DNA of 64,000 bases from assembly GCA_964016885.1 (NCBI GenBank), contig OZ024746.1, positions 12,524,001 through 12,588,000 of the forward strand, in the 5' to 3' direction. Source of the stretch: Eledone cirrhosa. Taxonomy: Eukaryota. Shown here one piece after another: positions 1 to 15,923 of this stretch. Position 1 is the first letter of the stretch. Each line of letters starts with the position of its first letter. The notes under the pieces are model-generated. The model was given only the letters and a program-made list of their open reading frames with translations. It searched no databases and was not told the DNA's origin. The translations under genes and the position numbers were made by a program.

Positions 1-420
1 GGAATCCCATTGCGAATCATCTTCCAAAAGACCACGCTTAAAGCAGGCTTCCCGGTACGTATCACACATTTCTCCATCAACAGTTTTGAGGTCCTGAAAA
101 CTTTGTGGGCCTACAACTTCATGCAGAAGAAGGCGGAGATGAAAGCACTCATGCTGACTTGGGGGCACAGTGTAAATGCCCGTCAAATAATAGGTCAAAC
201 CTGTAAGCCAAGCTTGTCTGAGTTATAGCACAACAGAGCGTAAATAGGGGCGTTATTTTGGAGCACACTGGAAAATAAATCATCGAAATCGGACGTTCGT
301 TAAAAAAGTTTTCTCATTAATTTTTTGTCTCATATTGAGAAAAACAAAGAAATAAAATTACAAAAAGGACAACAATAAAATATAATGTCTTTGTTGAGAA
401 TCATAAATGCTTAAGCATCG
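1..420 (-). mobile_element. Fragment of a second, internally deleted Helitron copy in opposite orientation
   Basis: 1-176 is the reverse complement of ~3010-3186 (RepHel coding) and ~295-420 is the reverse complement of ~1460-1580; runs off the window start. Confidence 0.75.
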
Positions 421-462
421 TTATTTATGCAGGTAATAGAGCATATATATATATATATATAT

Positions 463-511
<49 letters not shown>

Positions 512-543
512 AAAGGTAAACAGAAATAACAACACAATCGTTA

Positions 544-3500
544 TCTCTATCTCTATATATATAAAACGGTAGATGTCTGTCTGTGTGTGTGTATGATTTT
601 TATGCATTTCCACATTTCTCTACCGATTGATAATTTATTTTCCAATCTTCTTCAAATTTACAAGGGCAGGTCAACGCGTAATTATTTTTGCCAAAAATTT
701 CCTGCTTCTATGAAAAATAATCGATAAAACTAAATATATGCTGTAACCTTCTCTCTTAGACGCTTCATTCCTCTCTCTTACACGCTTCATTCCTCTCACT
801 ACTACCATCAAAAATGTATGAAACTACATACATGTTGCAACTCTCTTTAAAAGGTTCATCCTTTCCTCTACTCCACTCTCAATCTCCTCTGCAACTCTCT
901 TTAAAAGGTTCACAACTCCTTCTACTCACCCCTCAATCTCCTCTGCAACTCTCTTCAAAAGGTTACTGCCTCCGTCTACTACCCTATCACCATTACAATT
1001 TAGAACAACGACAAAACTTCTTTTGAAGGAACGCGACACAAACTTTGAAACCTAAGCAACACAACAACCATAGCTTTACTCTCTCCATCGCTCTTTCCTC
1101 TCTCTACAATAGATTATTCCCCCTCTCTATAATTTAACTGCTTTACTCTCTTCATGCTTCGAGGTTTAACACTAGCTTCACTCTCTCCGTCGCTCTTCTC
1201 TCTCTATATAATAGATAATTGCCCCTCTTCGTGCGGGAACGCGAAAAAAACTTTGATAACTAAGCAACACATCATTTTATACAACAACAAACAGTCATAA
1301 CGACACTCAATACATCAAATATCAAAATTTAAAAAGCCGATAACACTAAATACATACTGCTCTCTCAACGTTACATTTTACACACTTACATTTTACATCA
1401 AATAACAAATATTCAAAAGCAACAGATGAATTTATAAAACAACAAACGTAACAATAACAATGCTTAAGCATTTATGATTCTCAACAAAGACATTATATTT
1501 TATTGTTGTCCTTTTTGTAATATTCTTTCTTTGTTTTTCTCAATATGAGACAAAAAATTAATGAGAAAACTTTTTTCACGGGATTCTATTCAAAGTCAGG
1601 ACAATTATTGCCTTTGGTCAGAAGGTGACGAAATAAAAAAATTTCAAATCAATCAACAATAATGGCAAAAATCGATCATGATCATTCCCCCTCTCTATAA
1701 TTTAACTGCTTTACTCTCTCTGTCGCTCTTCACTCCCTATATGACAACACTGAAGAGAGAGAAACAATGTATATAATCAAATGGAGTGTTCCGTATATTC
1801 CCCTTCTCTATAATTTAACTGCTTTACTCTCTCTGTCGCTCTTCACTCCCTATATGACAACACTGCAATGGAGCGTCCCGTATTGAGCATTCCGTATTGA
1901 CATACAGCTTATCTGGGGCATTTTCAATCGGCCTATTGCAAATAACAACCCGCAAAATAACACTTCATATAACAGATTAATGCTATAGACATATGAATCG
2001 GAATGTAACCTGTGAACTTTTTCCTGGGCAAAATTATTCGAACAGACATGACCTCATCGCCAGAGTGTTCAGACTGAAACTGACTAAACTCATGGCTTTA
2101 ATCAAAAAGGTCAGGTATTTGGGGCTGTAAAATGTGACATGTTCGCCGTCGAATGGCAAAAACGAGGGCTGTCACATGCTCACATTTTGATTTGGTTCAG
2201 CTAATAAAATCAATTCAAATGCCATAGACAGCTTCATTTCGGCTGAAATAAATAACCCAGCAACTGACCAGGAATTACATGACATCGTCAAAGCTAACAT
2301 GGTCCGTGTGCATAGGGTCCTAATGAGCATCACACGTGTCTGAAGGGGGGGGGCGGTCGTGCAGTAAGGAGACCCACAAAAATGTGTTGACCAGACTCAG
2401 ACTGGTGGCGACGGGTACCCCCTATACAGGCGGAGACGGCCCGAGAACGGTGGCTTCACAACAACAGTAAGGGGAGGTCAAGTCGACAATAGATGGGTGG
2501 TCCCTTACTGCCCGCTTCTCTTGAAGATGTTCAACGCCCACATCAACTTTGAGTTTTACATTTCCGTCAAGTCAATAAAATACATATGCAAATATGTAAA
2601 TAAGGGCTCTGATGCCGCAATGTTCGCATTTCAAGCTGAAAATAGCAGGGACGAGGTCACAGAATACCTGGTGGAGCGGTACATCAGTAGCAATGAAGCT
2701 TTTTGGCGCCTATTTGGTTTACCCCTACACCAACGTCACCCCGCCATCGTACAGCTTGCGGTACATTTGGAAAATGGGCAAAGGGTTTACTTTACGGACC
2801 AAACCGCCGCCAACTTGGCCGCCGATCCGAAAGAGACCACTCTTACGGGTTTCTTCAAACTTTGCCAGTTCGATACATTTGCACAAACAATTGTGTACTC
2901 CCAGGTTCCATCCTACTTTATATGGTCGAAAAACACTTGGGGGCGAAGAAAGTCAAGTCAGGCTGTTGAAAGACATCCTGGTGTAAAATTTTACAGCTGT
3001 CTTGGAAGGGTTTACACTGTGCCCCCAAGTCAGCATGAGTGCTTTCATCTCCGCCTTCTTCTGCATGAAGTTGTAGGCCCACAAAGTTTTCAGGACCTCA
3101 AAACTGTTGATGGAGAAATGTGTGATACGTACCGGGAAGCCTGCTTTAAGCGTGGTCTTTTGGAAGATGATTCGCAATGGGATTCCACTTTAGCAGAGAG
3201 TGCTTTGTTGAAATCACCTAAAGGTCTACGGGAACTCTATCATTTTGCTTCAAAAGTGTGAATTGGGTGATCCCAAATCTTTATGGGTCAAGTACAGAGA
3301 CTTCATGTCTGAGGACTTCCTGCACCTGGTTCATCTGCAGTATACTTCAGTGGAAGTTGGTTACAGCGACATTATCTACAACAGGGCACTCATTGATATC
3401 GAGGACACCCTCCTCGACATGGGTGGGAGTTAGTTGGTGACGTATGGCTTGCCGTCAACCGTCAGAAAGGAAGCTAACACGTTGGCCCCGGATTTGTTGG

Positions 3501-5220
3501 GGGAAACAGCATATTATATCGAATCTCTTTCCCAATACTTAGAGGAAAATGAGCCCAAACTTCTGTCGGACCAAAGGTTAGCCTATTTAACTATCATTGA
3601 CGCAGTTCAAAATCAGACTGGGGGTATTTACATTCTCGATGCTCCTGGGGGTACCGGAAAAACTTATGTAACGAAATTGATTCTCGCTAAGATTCTCCAG
3701 GAGAAAAAAAATTGCGTTGGCCGTTGCATCGTCCGGGATCGCTGCTACTTTGCTGCCGGGAGGCAGGACAGCACATTCAACCTTTAAACTCCCCTTGGAT
3801 TTAGAAAAAACTGAGTCACCAACATGCAATATCAGCAAGAGTTCACACGAAGCTCTGGTTTTCAAAAAATGTTGCCTCATTGTTTGGGATGAGTGTACAA
3901 TGGGTGCCCTTGAGGCATTGGACAGGACCCTGAAAGACATTAGGGATTCTACGGCTCCTATGGGTGGCGTAACCCTTCTGCTATCAGGGCTTTTTCGGCA
4001 AACGCTGCCTGTCATCCCCAAAGGGACAAGAGCTGATGAAGTGCGTGCCTGTCTTAAGTCGTCCATGTTGTGGCTCCAGGTGAAGAGTTTGTACCTGAGC
4101 ACAAATATGCGTGCTCATTTGCATGGTGACAACATGTCTGCAGCATTTGCTCAGAATATTTTAGCACTTGGTGAGGGCAAGGTCCCTGCGGATAACAAGG
4201 GCGGCATAGCAATCGACTCCCTGTGCAACATTGTAAGCAGCCCATCTGACCTTTGGGAAGCAGTTTTTCTTAATGTCTCATCTAACTTTAAAAACCTCGA
4301 TTGGCCTAGCGAAAGAGCCATCCTTGCTCCGAAAAATACCATGGTTAATTTTATTAACGAACAGCTGATTGAGAAGTTTCCCGGTAAAGAGCCATCTTCA
4401 AATCTATCGACCGGACGTCAGACCCCGATGACATCGTTAATTATCCGGTTGAGTTATTAAATTCCCTTGAGCCCCTAGGGCTCCCACCTCACATTCTTAA
4501 GCTTAAGGTTGGCTGTCCCATTATGCTAATAAGGAACTTGCGTCCACCAAAGCAGTGCAACGGTACTCGCATGGTCGTCAAGTCACTGGCGCCCCACTTG
4601 ATTGAGGCCACCATTGTAACGGGGTGCGGGAGAGGGGAGAATGTTTTCATTCCAAGGATGAACCTTTTCCCCTCGGCATCAGATATCCCGTTCGATTTCT
4701 GGCGATCCCAATTCCCGGTGAGACCATGTTTTGCCATGTCCATTAACAAGTCACAAGGGCAAACATTGTCGGTGGCGGGCATCCATTTGGGGAGCCATGC
4801 TTCTCCCATGGCCAACTTTATGTTGCCTGTTCCCGCGTAGGGAGCAGGAATGGACTTTTTGCTTACACTCCTCAAGGGATGACATGCAATATCGTCTACA
4901 AAGAGGTGCTATAGATGTTGGTGCAGGTGTTGGAGCTATGCCGTCTGGAAAACTGGTAGGGTCACCCATAGCGGACAGATCTGACACCCAGCGGCATCAG
5001 GGCCACCATCTTGCAACTTTGGTCTACTAAATTCGCTATTAGAAGATTATTAACCCATCATTGATTGTCCAAAATGCTAATTGGTTCGTAACTTTTAATA
5101 ACCGGTTCAACTGCTTTATTCACTTAATTGATAAGCTTATGCGCTTTCAAGCTACGTTTACCTGTATGTAACTTTTCATAGCAAATGAACAAACCCGAGC
5201 AACGCCGGGCTAAACTGCTA

Positions 5221-5221
<1 letters not shown>
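544..5221 (+). mobile_element. Helitron (rolling-circle DNA transposon), decayed
   Basis: 5' A|TC..TCTATATATATAAAA start at ~544-550. 3' end has subterminal hairpin CCCG-agcaacgc-CGGG (5194-5209) then CTAG|T (5218-5221). Internal RepHel remnants. Confidence 0.85.
2030..4915 (+). pseudogene. Helitron Rep/PIF1-helicase (RepHel) pseudogene, several frameshifts and stops
   Basis: HUH motif VEWQKRGLSHAHILIW (~2150), VPYCPLL...SIKYICKYVNKG (Y2 motif), Walker A DAPGGTGKT, IVWDE, LSTNMR, FAMSINKSQGQTL, split over ORFs 2497-3261, 3434-3787, 3717-4460 and 4523-4840. Confidence 0.92.
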
Positions 5222-5257
<36 letters not shown>

Positions 5258-5441
5258 CCAAGCGAAAAATATATGTGTATATATAGAGAGAGATAGAGAG
5301 AGAGAAAGGATCATATATCCGGGAGAAAACAATATATTGTATATATAAAGATGTAAAAGATATATTTATATATAGATATATTATTTTCTCACGGATATAT
5401 GGTCTTTTCTCTATATATACACATACATATTTTACACTTGA

Positions 5442-5538
<97 letters not shown>

Positions 5539-5546
5539 GTGTGTGT

Positions 5547-5587
<41 letters not shown>

Positions 5588-5816
5588 TTATTCCGGGTAC
5601 AATAAGTAAGGTACTCAATGCATAGCAGAGTATAAATGTTTAATATATAGAATTCATAGAATAATTAAACTCATCGTAAGAAAAGATTAATTGATAAATT
5701 AATTGATAAATTTTAAAAATTAGCAATTCCCATTAAAAATTAAAATTAATAATTTATAAAACAAATGAAAGAAAAGAATAAGTCACCGATGTTTAGTATT
5801 GACGAGGAGCTAATAT

Positions 5817-6006
5817 CAGACCTGCCAACCTCTAAAGACCCAAACGAGGTGTACCATGAAAAAAAGTGCCCCAAAACGGAAAGAAATGAGGCAAATGGAG
5901 AGATTTTACATAATGAAAGCTATGCCCATTTCACGAGAGACATCTCTCACCCACCTCAAAGTGGATGGGAGATCTACCCGTGGGACGGAGAGAGTCGACG
6001 GATCTG
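5817..6006. mobile_element. ~190-bp MITE (further copies ~9657-9828 and 62454-62649)
   Basis: Three similar copies in the window; terminal inverted repeats CAGACCTGCCAAC.../...GTTGACAGATCTG. Confidence 0.65.
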
Positions 6007-6462
6007 TAGCATGATTTAATATAAACATCCAAGGAAGATGAGGCAATATTTTCCTAGTCATGAAGAAGACGTTTAATTGGAGAAAAGGTCCGAAATATCT
6101 GTTGAAGAAATAGCAATAACACTGAACGGAAGTCTCTTCAATTGGATGAGTTACTAAAATCATTACGTACCAGCTCCTGTAAAATAATAGTTATTCACTA
6201 TAAATAATAATTGAGAAAATTGGGTTGGAGACGTAAATAGAAGGCAGAAGCTCTTGGAGTTCCACTACACTACACACACACACACACACACACATATGTG
6301 TGTGTGTGTGTGTGTTTGTTTGTGTGTGTGTGTGTATGTGTGTATGTGTGTGTGTATATATATATACACATTTATATGTATATATATATGTATATTCATA
6401 TATTAGGTTTCACTCGTATCGTCTCCATAACTGCAGTTTCTGGAATTAAGAAACAATATTAA

Positions 6463-6606
6463 TTCTTCTTCTTCTTCTTCTTCTTCTTCTTCTTCTTCTT
6501 CTTCTTTTTCTTCTTCTTCTTCTTCTTCTTCTTCTTCTTCTTCTTCTTCTTCTTCTTCTTCTTCTTCTTCTTCTTCTTCTTCTTCTTCTTCTTCTTCTTC
6601 TTCTTC
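6463..6606. repeat. (TTC)n microsatellite (another at 30368-30449)
   Basis: Direct reading. Confidence 0.95.
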
Positions 6607-7195
6607 GTGCCGTGTCTCTCACCTCTCGCCCTCTCCTCCGATTTAATAACGAAATATCATCATTATTGTTATATAATGTTCAGAGTGGTGACCTTCAACT
6701 AATTTTATGGAAGTAATTTGCAGTTGTGTGCGTTATTATGACATACAATAGAGGCAGATTTCATTTGTAGCTGGTGTATATTCTACAATCCTGCATGTCA
6801 ATACACGTTAACATTTTAAAACCAAATTAAACATGCAATATTTATGTGGGAGAGAATCAAAATAAACTTACAAAACGCTGTGTATGCCACGTGTTCACAT
6901 TTTAAAACCAATTTAAACATGCAATATCTATGTGAGAGAATGAAAACTTACAAACCGCTGTATGTGGAGTATGTTAGCATTTTATTTCATAAAGTTAACA
7001 TTTATTCGGCTTTAGACTTTAGAGTAATCAACGCTAAATTTAATGGTAGCCCCTCTCTTTCTCTTTCTCACACACATGCAAACGCACATACCACACGCTT
7101 ACACACATACATACGTACATACATCCATAAAATGTATCCGTCCCAAAGCAAATGACCATAATAATAGTAAAAAAAAGTGAACAAAGGCCACTAAA

Positions 7196-7227
<32 letters not shown>

Positions 7228-7607
7228 AGTTTTCTCATCTCCATTGCAAGGAAAGCACCTCCTTCAGTTCCACTTACAAAGAAGGAACGAAATATTTCGT
7301 CCAACATGGCTGACGAGGAAACGTCTGTCGAATATATGACATAAAAGAAAGGAGAAATTCGTAACAACAGGAAATTGGAACAGGGTCACGTAGTTGGTTT
7401 AAATCACCTGAGATTCAGTGCAGCAGTCATGAGAAAGCAGGAATCATTCAACACAACACATATACATACAACAAACATAAGATATTTAGATTTACAAATA
7501 TTTACATAATAAATTCGTAGATCATATCTAACTATGAATCAATTGCGCATAATTAACAAACGTCAGTCTATTTTGAATGCTGACTTGACAGAACAGTATT
7601 GTCCTGT

Positions 7608-7668
<61 letters not shown>

Positions 7669-7705
7669 CATACAAATACATACACATATACATATATATG
7701 CATAC

Positions 7706-7754
<49 letters not shown>

Positions 7755-10539
7755 CACATATATATACACATATACATACACACACCTATCTATATGCGAG
7801 TGCGTGTGTGTGTGTGCGCGTGTGTGTGTGTGTGTGTGTGTGTGGCGTGCGTGCGTGTGTGTGCGTGTGTGTATGAATGTATATATATATATAATCACGG
7901 TCATCAACCCTACATCCCACTTTTCCATGACTGAAATGTATAGATAAATAAATGTCTATGTAACCATTATTATTTATTTACTGTGGCTGGTTGTATCAAC
8001 TACAGGATCTGCAATCTTCGCATTAGACATTGCAAATCAGCAGAATTTTCAATATGGCTACTGTTTCCGGTTGTACTCTGTAGCCCAAACTCTAAACATT
8101 TCTTCCTTCTTGCAGTAAACTAACTTATCTCACTTTTATACTGTTTATATCACTAGAACCTAAATTTTTGTATTTGACTGTATTTAACGTCTCCGAATGT
8201 AAAATGAAAGGGAATGTCTAACGCCATGACTCAGCCTTTCGAGAAATAAGAGGCAAATCTCCTTCAAATCACACGCCACTCTCTTTAAAAAGAAAGGATA
8301 CATTGTATATGTCTCTAAAAAAATACGGGGTGGTCATAAATGGAACGGTTTTAAACAACAACAACAAAGTTGTATGATTGTATCTTTTCTCTCTGAAATT
8401 TGGGATGTTGGAATATGGAGAAGGCATTGGAAATGAACGATGTCAACTGAGACATTGTGTTTATTGATTCATTTTTATTGCGACATTTATAATATTCTCT
8501 GGTAATCATTTTGATACTAGTGGTGTTTAGAAAGACGACATTTGCCGTGACAAATTATTTCTGTTGACGTCTGCAAATTCAAAGACAGCAGTGGCAGAAT
8601 TGATAAGTTTTATCTCGTTATATTCTTCTCACCTTCAACGAAATGAATAAACAAATAAATAGATAAACAAATGAAAAAACAAGAAAGCAAGATAAGAAAA
8701 TGGGAATGACATATTAAAGATATACCATATCGTGTTAAATATTTTCATGCTGAGAAGTGTTTGAAAAATACTCGAGAAATGTGTTGAGTACTATTAGCGA
8801 AACCTACACTAGATTAACACAGATTTCTAAATTAAAAATGGAACATAACAGTATTTGTAGCCTTTTTATCTCTCATCTAACACTAACTACAGCAGTCAAA
8901 GAGATAACATCTGAGACGTCGCACTCTCTGCTAAAAATAGCAGCCTAATCGACCTCAAAACACACTTTATAGTCTTAAAGGGTGACTTGTACATATGTAT
9001 CCAGGATATTATAGACCTTAGATACAACGTGAATTTTAGAAAAGGGTTCACGGTTGTAATATATTTGATTGAATGTCTACTTGACCAGGGTTGGAATGAA
9101 CTGGACATCCGTCGCAACTGGGAGTAGACATGTACAACCTTTCCACCTTCCCTCTATGATCCAGCGGAACATCCATGCCTTAATGTATAAGTGGCTGAGT
9201 ATTCTGTAGACATGTGTATCCTTAATATAATTCTTAGAGGATTCGGCGTGATACAATGTGCGCCTTGATCCAGTATGTGATAGTTGGAAGGAGGGGGGGG
9301 GGGGGGGCTACGCCAGTAATGGGGTGGAACCCCGAAAGGATGAAAGGCCAAGTTAACTTCAGCGAGATTTGAAATCAGAGCACAGAGAACTGGAACAAAT
9401 ATCCAACGCTCTAACGATTCTACCAAACCGATATCCTACCAATCACCAGTGCAGCCATAGTATATTGACAGTATAGCAAACAACCCAGGACATGTTTGAG
9501 TTTTATCACCTTAGGAGGGTAGTATAACAACTAAATACTACCAGACATTTTGTCAACCGCTCAAATCATGATTTACATTATGGATTTAAATTCTATTGAG
9601 ATTGATATTTTGAGGTTTACATATCCCCCCCCCCTCCCCCTTTCCGGGACCAATAACAAACCTTCCAACCTCTAAAAACCCAAACGGAGAGTATCATAAA
9701 AAAGTGCCCCGAAATGGGGAGATTTTGCATAATGAAAGCTATACCTATTTTCACAAGAGAAGACATCTCACCCACCCTAAACTCAGTGGGTGATCTCCCT
9801 GTCGGAAGGAGAGAGTTGACAGGTTTGCAATAAAATAATGTCATACTCATTTCACTGTCCCAACATTTCAAGCCTTCTCCTAATGCTAGCAACGCTTGTC
9901 TGTGACATGAAAATTTGTCGCTTTCTCAGTCACACTGTTCACTTGTTCGATTACATCTTTGCTTCTAAATTACCCACAAAAGAATATATTGGAAGACATA
10001 GTTATACACATTTTACTTCACCCTTTCTTTTTTCTTTCTTTCCCTCCCTATTTTTATTTTATTTAGGGCATCAGTTCATTCTAAGAGGGTTTCGTTATCT
10101 CCTATAATGACCTTTTAACCGTGATGCTATCTCACCTGACTGAGGTAAATAAAGTTACATATCATCTTCTAACTGTAATACATATCCAGTTTCAGATAGG
10201 CGTTCACCATATAGATTTACAAGCCAGCGAAGAAACCTCTAGGCGCTAGAAATAGTAACCGGATCTCCTTCCCACCGTCTTTAAAAAAGTACATAGAATA
10301 ATGTAACACTGGTTACATAAATCGTCCAAAACGACGAATTAGTTACGACTGGAATGCCTGTTGAACATACGTCTGCTTGATCAACAACAAGTTATTCGAT
10401 AGGTTTGTTTCATGTTCTGATAACAATTTGTAATGGAGGTGGTTCGGGGACCAAGAAGTCTCCACCTTTTCAACGACAAACTAAACATTGATGCTACTGC
10501 GTGACTTGTTCGATACTGATACCACCATTATAACACAGC

Positions 10540-11793
<1,254 letters not shown>

Positions 11794-11948
11794 TGTAGTA
11801 TAAGTTTGGTATAAATATCTAAAGGTAAGAACATTCAGCCCATAGTTAAGTATAATTTCTTTTCTTTCTTTTTATATAGCAGGCTGAATGAGTTGGGGTG
11901 TATAACCCAACGTAACTTAAGTAGCTGTATATGTTACTATAGTAACTA

Positions 11949-12027
<79 letters not shown>

Positions 12028-12104
12028 AGGAGTTCAGTTTTATTGTAATACAATAAAGCAATGCAGATATCGGATAAGTAGCACTCTACTGGAGTATAAA
12101 TAAT

Positions 12105-13886
12105 ATAAGATCAAAAGATGGTTAAAAGAGTTCCATGTATTTTATTATGCGTATTTCAAAAACAAATATCTTCATGCGATGACATTTGCATTTTCGTCAG
12201 ATAAAATAGGGAGACATGATATGAAGGTTAAAAAACACTTGTGAATAGTGCAGTTTTAAATCAACATATGAAAAGTAGTTTTAGATTGATATGTGATATT
12301 GGGAAAAAAATTGAGGGGGGGGGTGGAAAAGAGGAGGAGATGAGAGTAAAGAATAGAGGGGGAGGAGTATAATAAGGAAGGATAAGATAGGAGGAGAGAT
12401 GGGTGGTAGAGAGAGAGAGATAGCTTTTATAACTGAGGAAAATATATTGTTTTACATAGAGAGGTTAAAAAACCGTTGGAAGATAATATATAAATTAAAA
12501 GAATCACTTCAGAAGTACCAAACCATAAATTTAAGTTCAAAGAAGAGCAATTAGAACGAACTTGTGGGATAATTCAATCCAAGATGGCTTTGCTAACAAC
12601 CCCCAGATCTGATTTAGAGGGGGCGATTAGTCTAACAGGTAGTTCAGTACGAAAGTTGTTTTTGTGATCCTTGAGATTTATCCTCGGAGTTCTTGGGAGG
12701 AATGGTTCGGTCTTTTTTCCGATGCCAAGTTTTGACATAATCTCAGAAGCTTCAAAGTTTATGGATTCTAAATTATCATGGTTGGTTTTGCGATATTTTT
12801 TCCTAAGTTCCTTTAGGATAAGGTTGTTATAGTTATCCTTAGAAATACCATATAAATTATTTGTTTAGTCAGAGTAGACTAAAACATTTTTTGAGGAATT
12901 TAGGTTTGAAATCGTGTTCTTGAGATTTACAAGGTGCTCTTGTCCTCTGTAAGGGTTTCTCTGGAATTTAAGATTTTTTATAATGTTAGTTAACTCCTCC
13001 TCGAATTGCACTAGATTTTTGTTGGAAGGAGGATTTCTTCTAGAATTAAATAAATGATCGAGAAAGTTATGTATAGAAGTTCCCTTTTAGGCACTGGTCA
13101 TAGAAATAAGCTATTCATCTAAGCCTTCTTATAAAGGTGTCAGTTTTTTCAATTAGAAGTTTTTTTGACGTTAGATTATTCATCCTCAATTCATTATTTT
13201 TTTCTCCCTTTCATGCTCATCTAACTTATACATATTACACATATCCATCCACTCTTCTACTTCTTTTCACAATATATCCTTAATTACATTACTCTTGTTA
13301 TATTTTTATATTTTTTTTAATAATACATATCAACAATTTCTTTGCATCGCACATATTATTAAACCCTTAAATATTATTCTTAATACATATTAACAATTTC
13401 TTTTCATCGCACATATTATTAAACCCTCCAATATACAAACCTTAATTTAACATTATTCTTAAATTTTTCTCTTCGTTAATTTTCAAATTCTTTTAATTTA
13501 TATATTATCTTCCAACGGTTTTTTAACCTCTCTATGTAAAACAATATATTTTCCTCAGTTATAAAAGGTATCTCTCTCTCTCTACCACCCATCTCTCCTC
13601 CTATCTTATCCTTCCTTATTATACTCCTCCCCCTCCATTATTTACTCTCATCTCCTCCTCTTTTTCACCCCCCCCCCTCAATTTTTTTCCAAATATCACA
13701 CATCAATCTAAAACTACTTTTCATATGTTGATTTAAAACTGCACTATTCACAAGTGTTTTTTAACCTTCATATCATGTCTCCCTATTTTATCTGACGAAA
13801 ACGCAAATGTCATCGCATGATGATATTTGTTTTTGAAATGCGCATAATAAAATACATGGAACTCTTTTAACCATCTTTTGATCTTA
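12105..13886 (-). mobile_element. Penelope-like (Naiad-type) element fragment with inverted pLTR copies
   Basis: ~12105-12500 is inverted at ~13500-13886. The minus strand of 12560-12680 reads KDHKNNFRTELPVRLIAP/KSDLGVVSKAILD, typical of the region N-terminal to Naiad-type PLE RT. Flanked by (TA)n. Confidence 0.75.
13784..13854 (+). ncRNA. Minimal type I hammerhead ribozyme (inverted copy 12138-12208 on -)
   Basis: TATTTTAT-CTGACGA-[aaacgcaaatgtcatc gcat gatgatatttgttttt]-GAAA-TGCGCA-TA-ATAAAATA: helix I, core boxes, helix II and palindromic helix III. Confidence 0.85.
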
Positions 13887-13970
13887 TATATATATATATA
13901 TATATATATTAATTCAAAATATTTATTAATTCAAAATATTAACAAAAATAGACATTCGTGTGATCAAGTA

Positions 13971-14037
13971 TATTTTATTATACATATTTCAGAGGTACTG
14001 AACTATCCTCGACAGTATGTCCTCATCAGATAAAATA
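13971..14037 (-). ncRNA. Minimal type I hammerhead ribozyme
   Basis: Minus strand TATTTTAT-CTGATGA-ggacatactg...cagtacctct-GAAA-TATGTA-TA-ATAAAATA. Confidence 0.75.
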
Positions 14038-14309
14038 AGATGATGCATGACATATCCTGACTTAGTAGATGGTTAAGATTCAGTCATGGTAGTACTACCA
14101 TGACTGAATCTTAACAAGACTACTTTCGAGCCTAGGTGGAAGCGAACTCCTTTCAAAATTCAAGGGTCTGTGAGGTGTTTTTTTAATGTGGAGCCAGCCC
14201 TAGACTAGCATACTGACTGAACCCAACCTTAACCCTTAAAATCTCTTATAACGTTCACCTGACTTCTATTAAGAACCCCAGTAAGTTTCACCTGCAAGGA
14301 AATGTCGTT

Positions 14310-14461
14310 ATGTTCTTTCCAGCATAGTTACGTCCCTTTACGATCTGAGTTTAAATCCTGCCGAGGTTGACTTTGTCTTTCATCCTTACGGGGTCGATAA
14401 AATAAAGTACTAGTAATGCACTGAGTAATTGCTGGCCTTGTGCCTAAAGTAGAAACAATTA
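14310..14461 (+). mobile_element. tRNA-derived SINE family (other copies ~9320-9430 -, 16855-17010 +, 21850-21975 -, 56640-56830 +, 56900-57035 +, 57612-57722 +)
   Basis: Recurrent B-box-like GAGTTCAAATCC followed by CCGAGGTTGACTTTGCCTTTCATCCTT..GGGGTCGATAAAATAAAGTAC and a shared 3' tail; A-box-like TGGTAGTATCGG in the 56640 copy. Confidence 0.75.
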
Positions 14462-14935
14462 TGATAGCGTGTGTTGATATTATAGAAGAGAGTATCATTT
14501 AGCTGACATGTTTAATGCTTCACTTAACTTCTGTGAAATTCATGAAAGTCACCTTAGTCGTCGATCTCCGCTATCAAATACTTCTGAGGGTGACTAGGTG
14601 AGAGGGGGGGGGGGGTAGTGGTGTTAGGGGGGAGGGGGTAGCGGTGGTGGTAGTGGTGGTGGTGATGGTGGTAGTGGTGGTGATGGTAGTGGTAGCGGTG
14701 GTAGCGGTGGTAGAGGTGATGGTAGTGGTGGTGGTAGTGGCGATGGTATGATAGAGGTGATTGTAGTGGTGATGGTGGTGGTGATGATGGTAGTGGTGGT
14801 GGTATTGGTGGTATGGTATTGGTGGTGGAATTGGTGGTAGTATTGGTGGTGGTAGTGGTGGTGGTATTGGTGGTGGTATTGGTAGTGGTGGTGGTAGTGG
14901 TTGTGGTATTGGTGGTGGTATTGGTGGTGGTAGTT

Positions 14936-14972
<37 letters not shown>

Positions 14973-15209
14973 TATAACTTCTGCATATATATATATATAT
15001 ATTTAATTTGTTGGGATTTCAACAAACTTAAAAGTTTATAACTGATATAGAGCACTCAACAGTTACTGGAGTAAATATTCAATATATTAATAAATGGAAA
15101 CTAAAACCCTAATTATTTTATTATATATATTTCAAGGGCAACCAAGAGCCTCTTGGTGCGCTTTCATCAGATAAAATACAAAACTTTGTATTTTATGAAA
15201 CAAATTTTG

Positions 15210-15274
15210 TATTTTATCTGATGAAAGCGCACCAAGATTGCCTTGGTTGCCCTTGAAATATATATAATAAAAAT
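15210..15274 (+). ncRNA. Minimal type I hammerhead ribozyme (inverted copy 15114-15178 on -)
   Basis: TATTTTAT-CTGATGA-aagcgcaccaag..cttggttgccctt-GAAA-TATATA-TA-ATAAAATA inside an inverted repeat (~15075-15316) between (TA)n tracts. Confidence 0.82.
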
Positions 15275-15314
15275 ATGGTTTTATAAATATAGTTTCCATT
15301 TATTAATATATTGA

Positions 15315-15348
<34 letters not shown>

Positions 15349-15383
15349 ATGTGTGTGTATATATATATATATATATGTGTGTG

Positions 15384-15421
<38 letters not shown>

Positions 15422-15810
15422 TGTAGAGAGATATAATGAAGGCGATTCATGCTACTTAAGCCAGAGCATACGAAATCGAAACCATTTAATTGAAGTAGGC
15501 CACATCTGCTGTGTAGTATGTACCCTCATTCCAGCTGTCTCATCTAGATGAAAGATCTGTAGATTAAAATAGAATTTGTTATTTGTATTCATTTTTATGT
15601 TTTAGACATGCTTTATATCATAAATTATGTTTATCGTCTGCATGCATATTTAAAAAAATCATAAATCTTCTGTTGAAATACTGGAAGTTCAACAAAAATA
15701 ATTTTGATACCATAGGTCAAAATCTTCATAAAAATGATCCATCTTAACTTCTAAATATCACTGTGACATTTAACTATAGCTGACAGGAGAAAATTACATG
15801 AAATTGCATG

Positions 15811-15923
<113 letters not shown>

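Noticed and set aside
14624-15055. His/Pro-rich protein
   Set aside because: Degenerate (GGT)n/(GGTATT) simple repeat.
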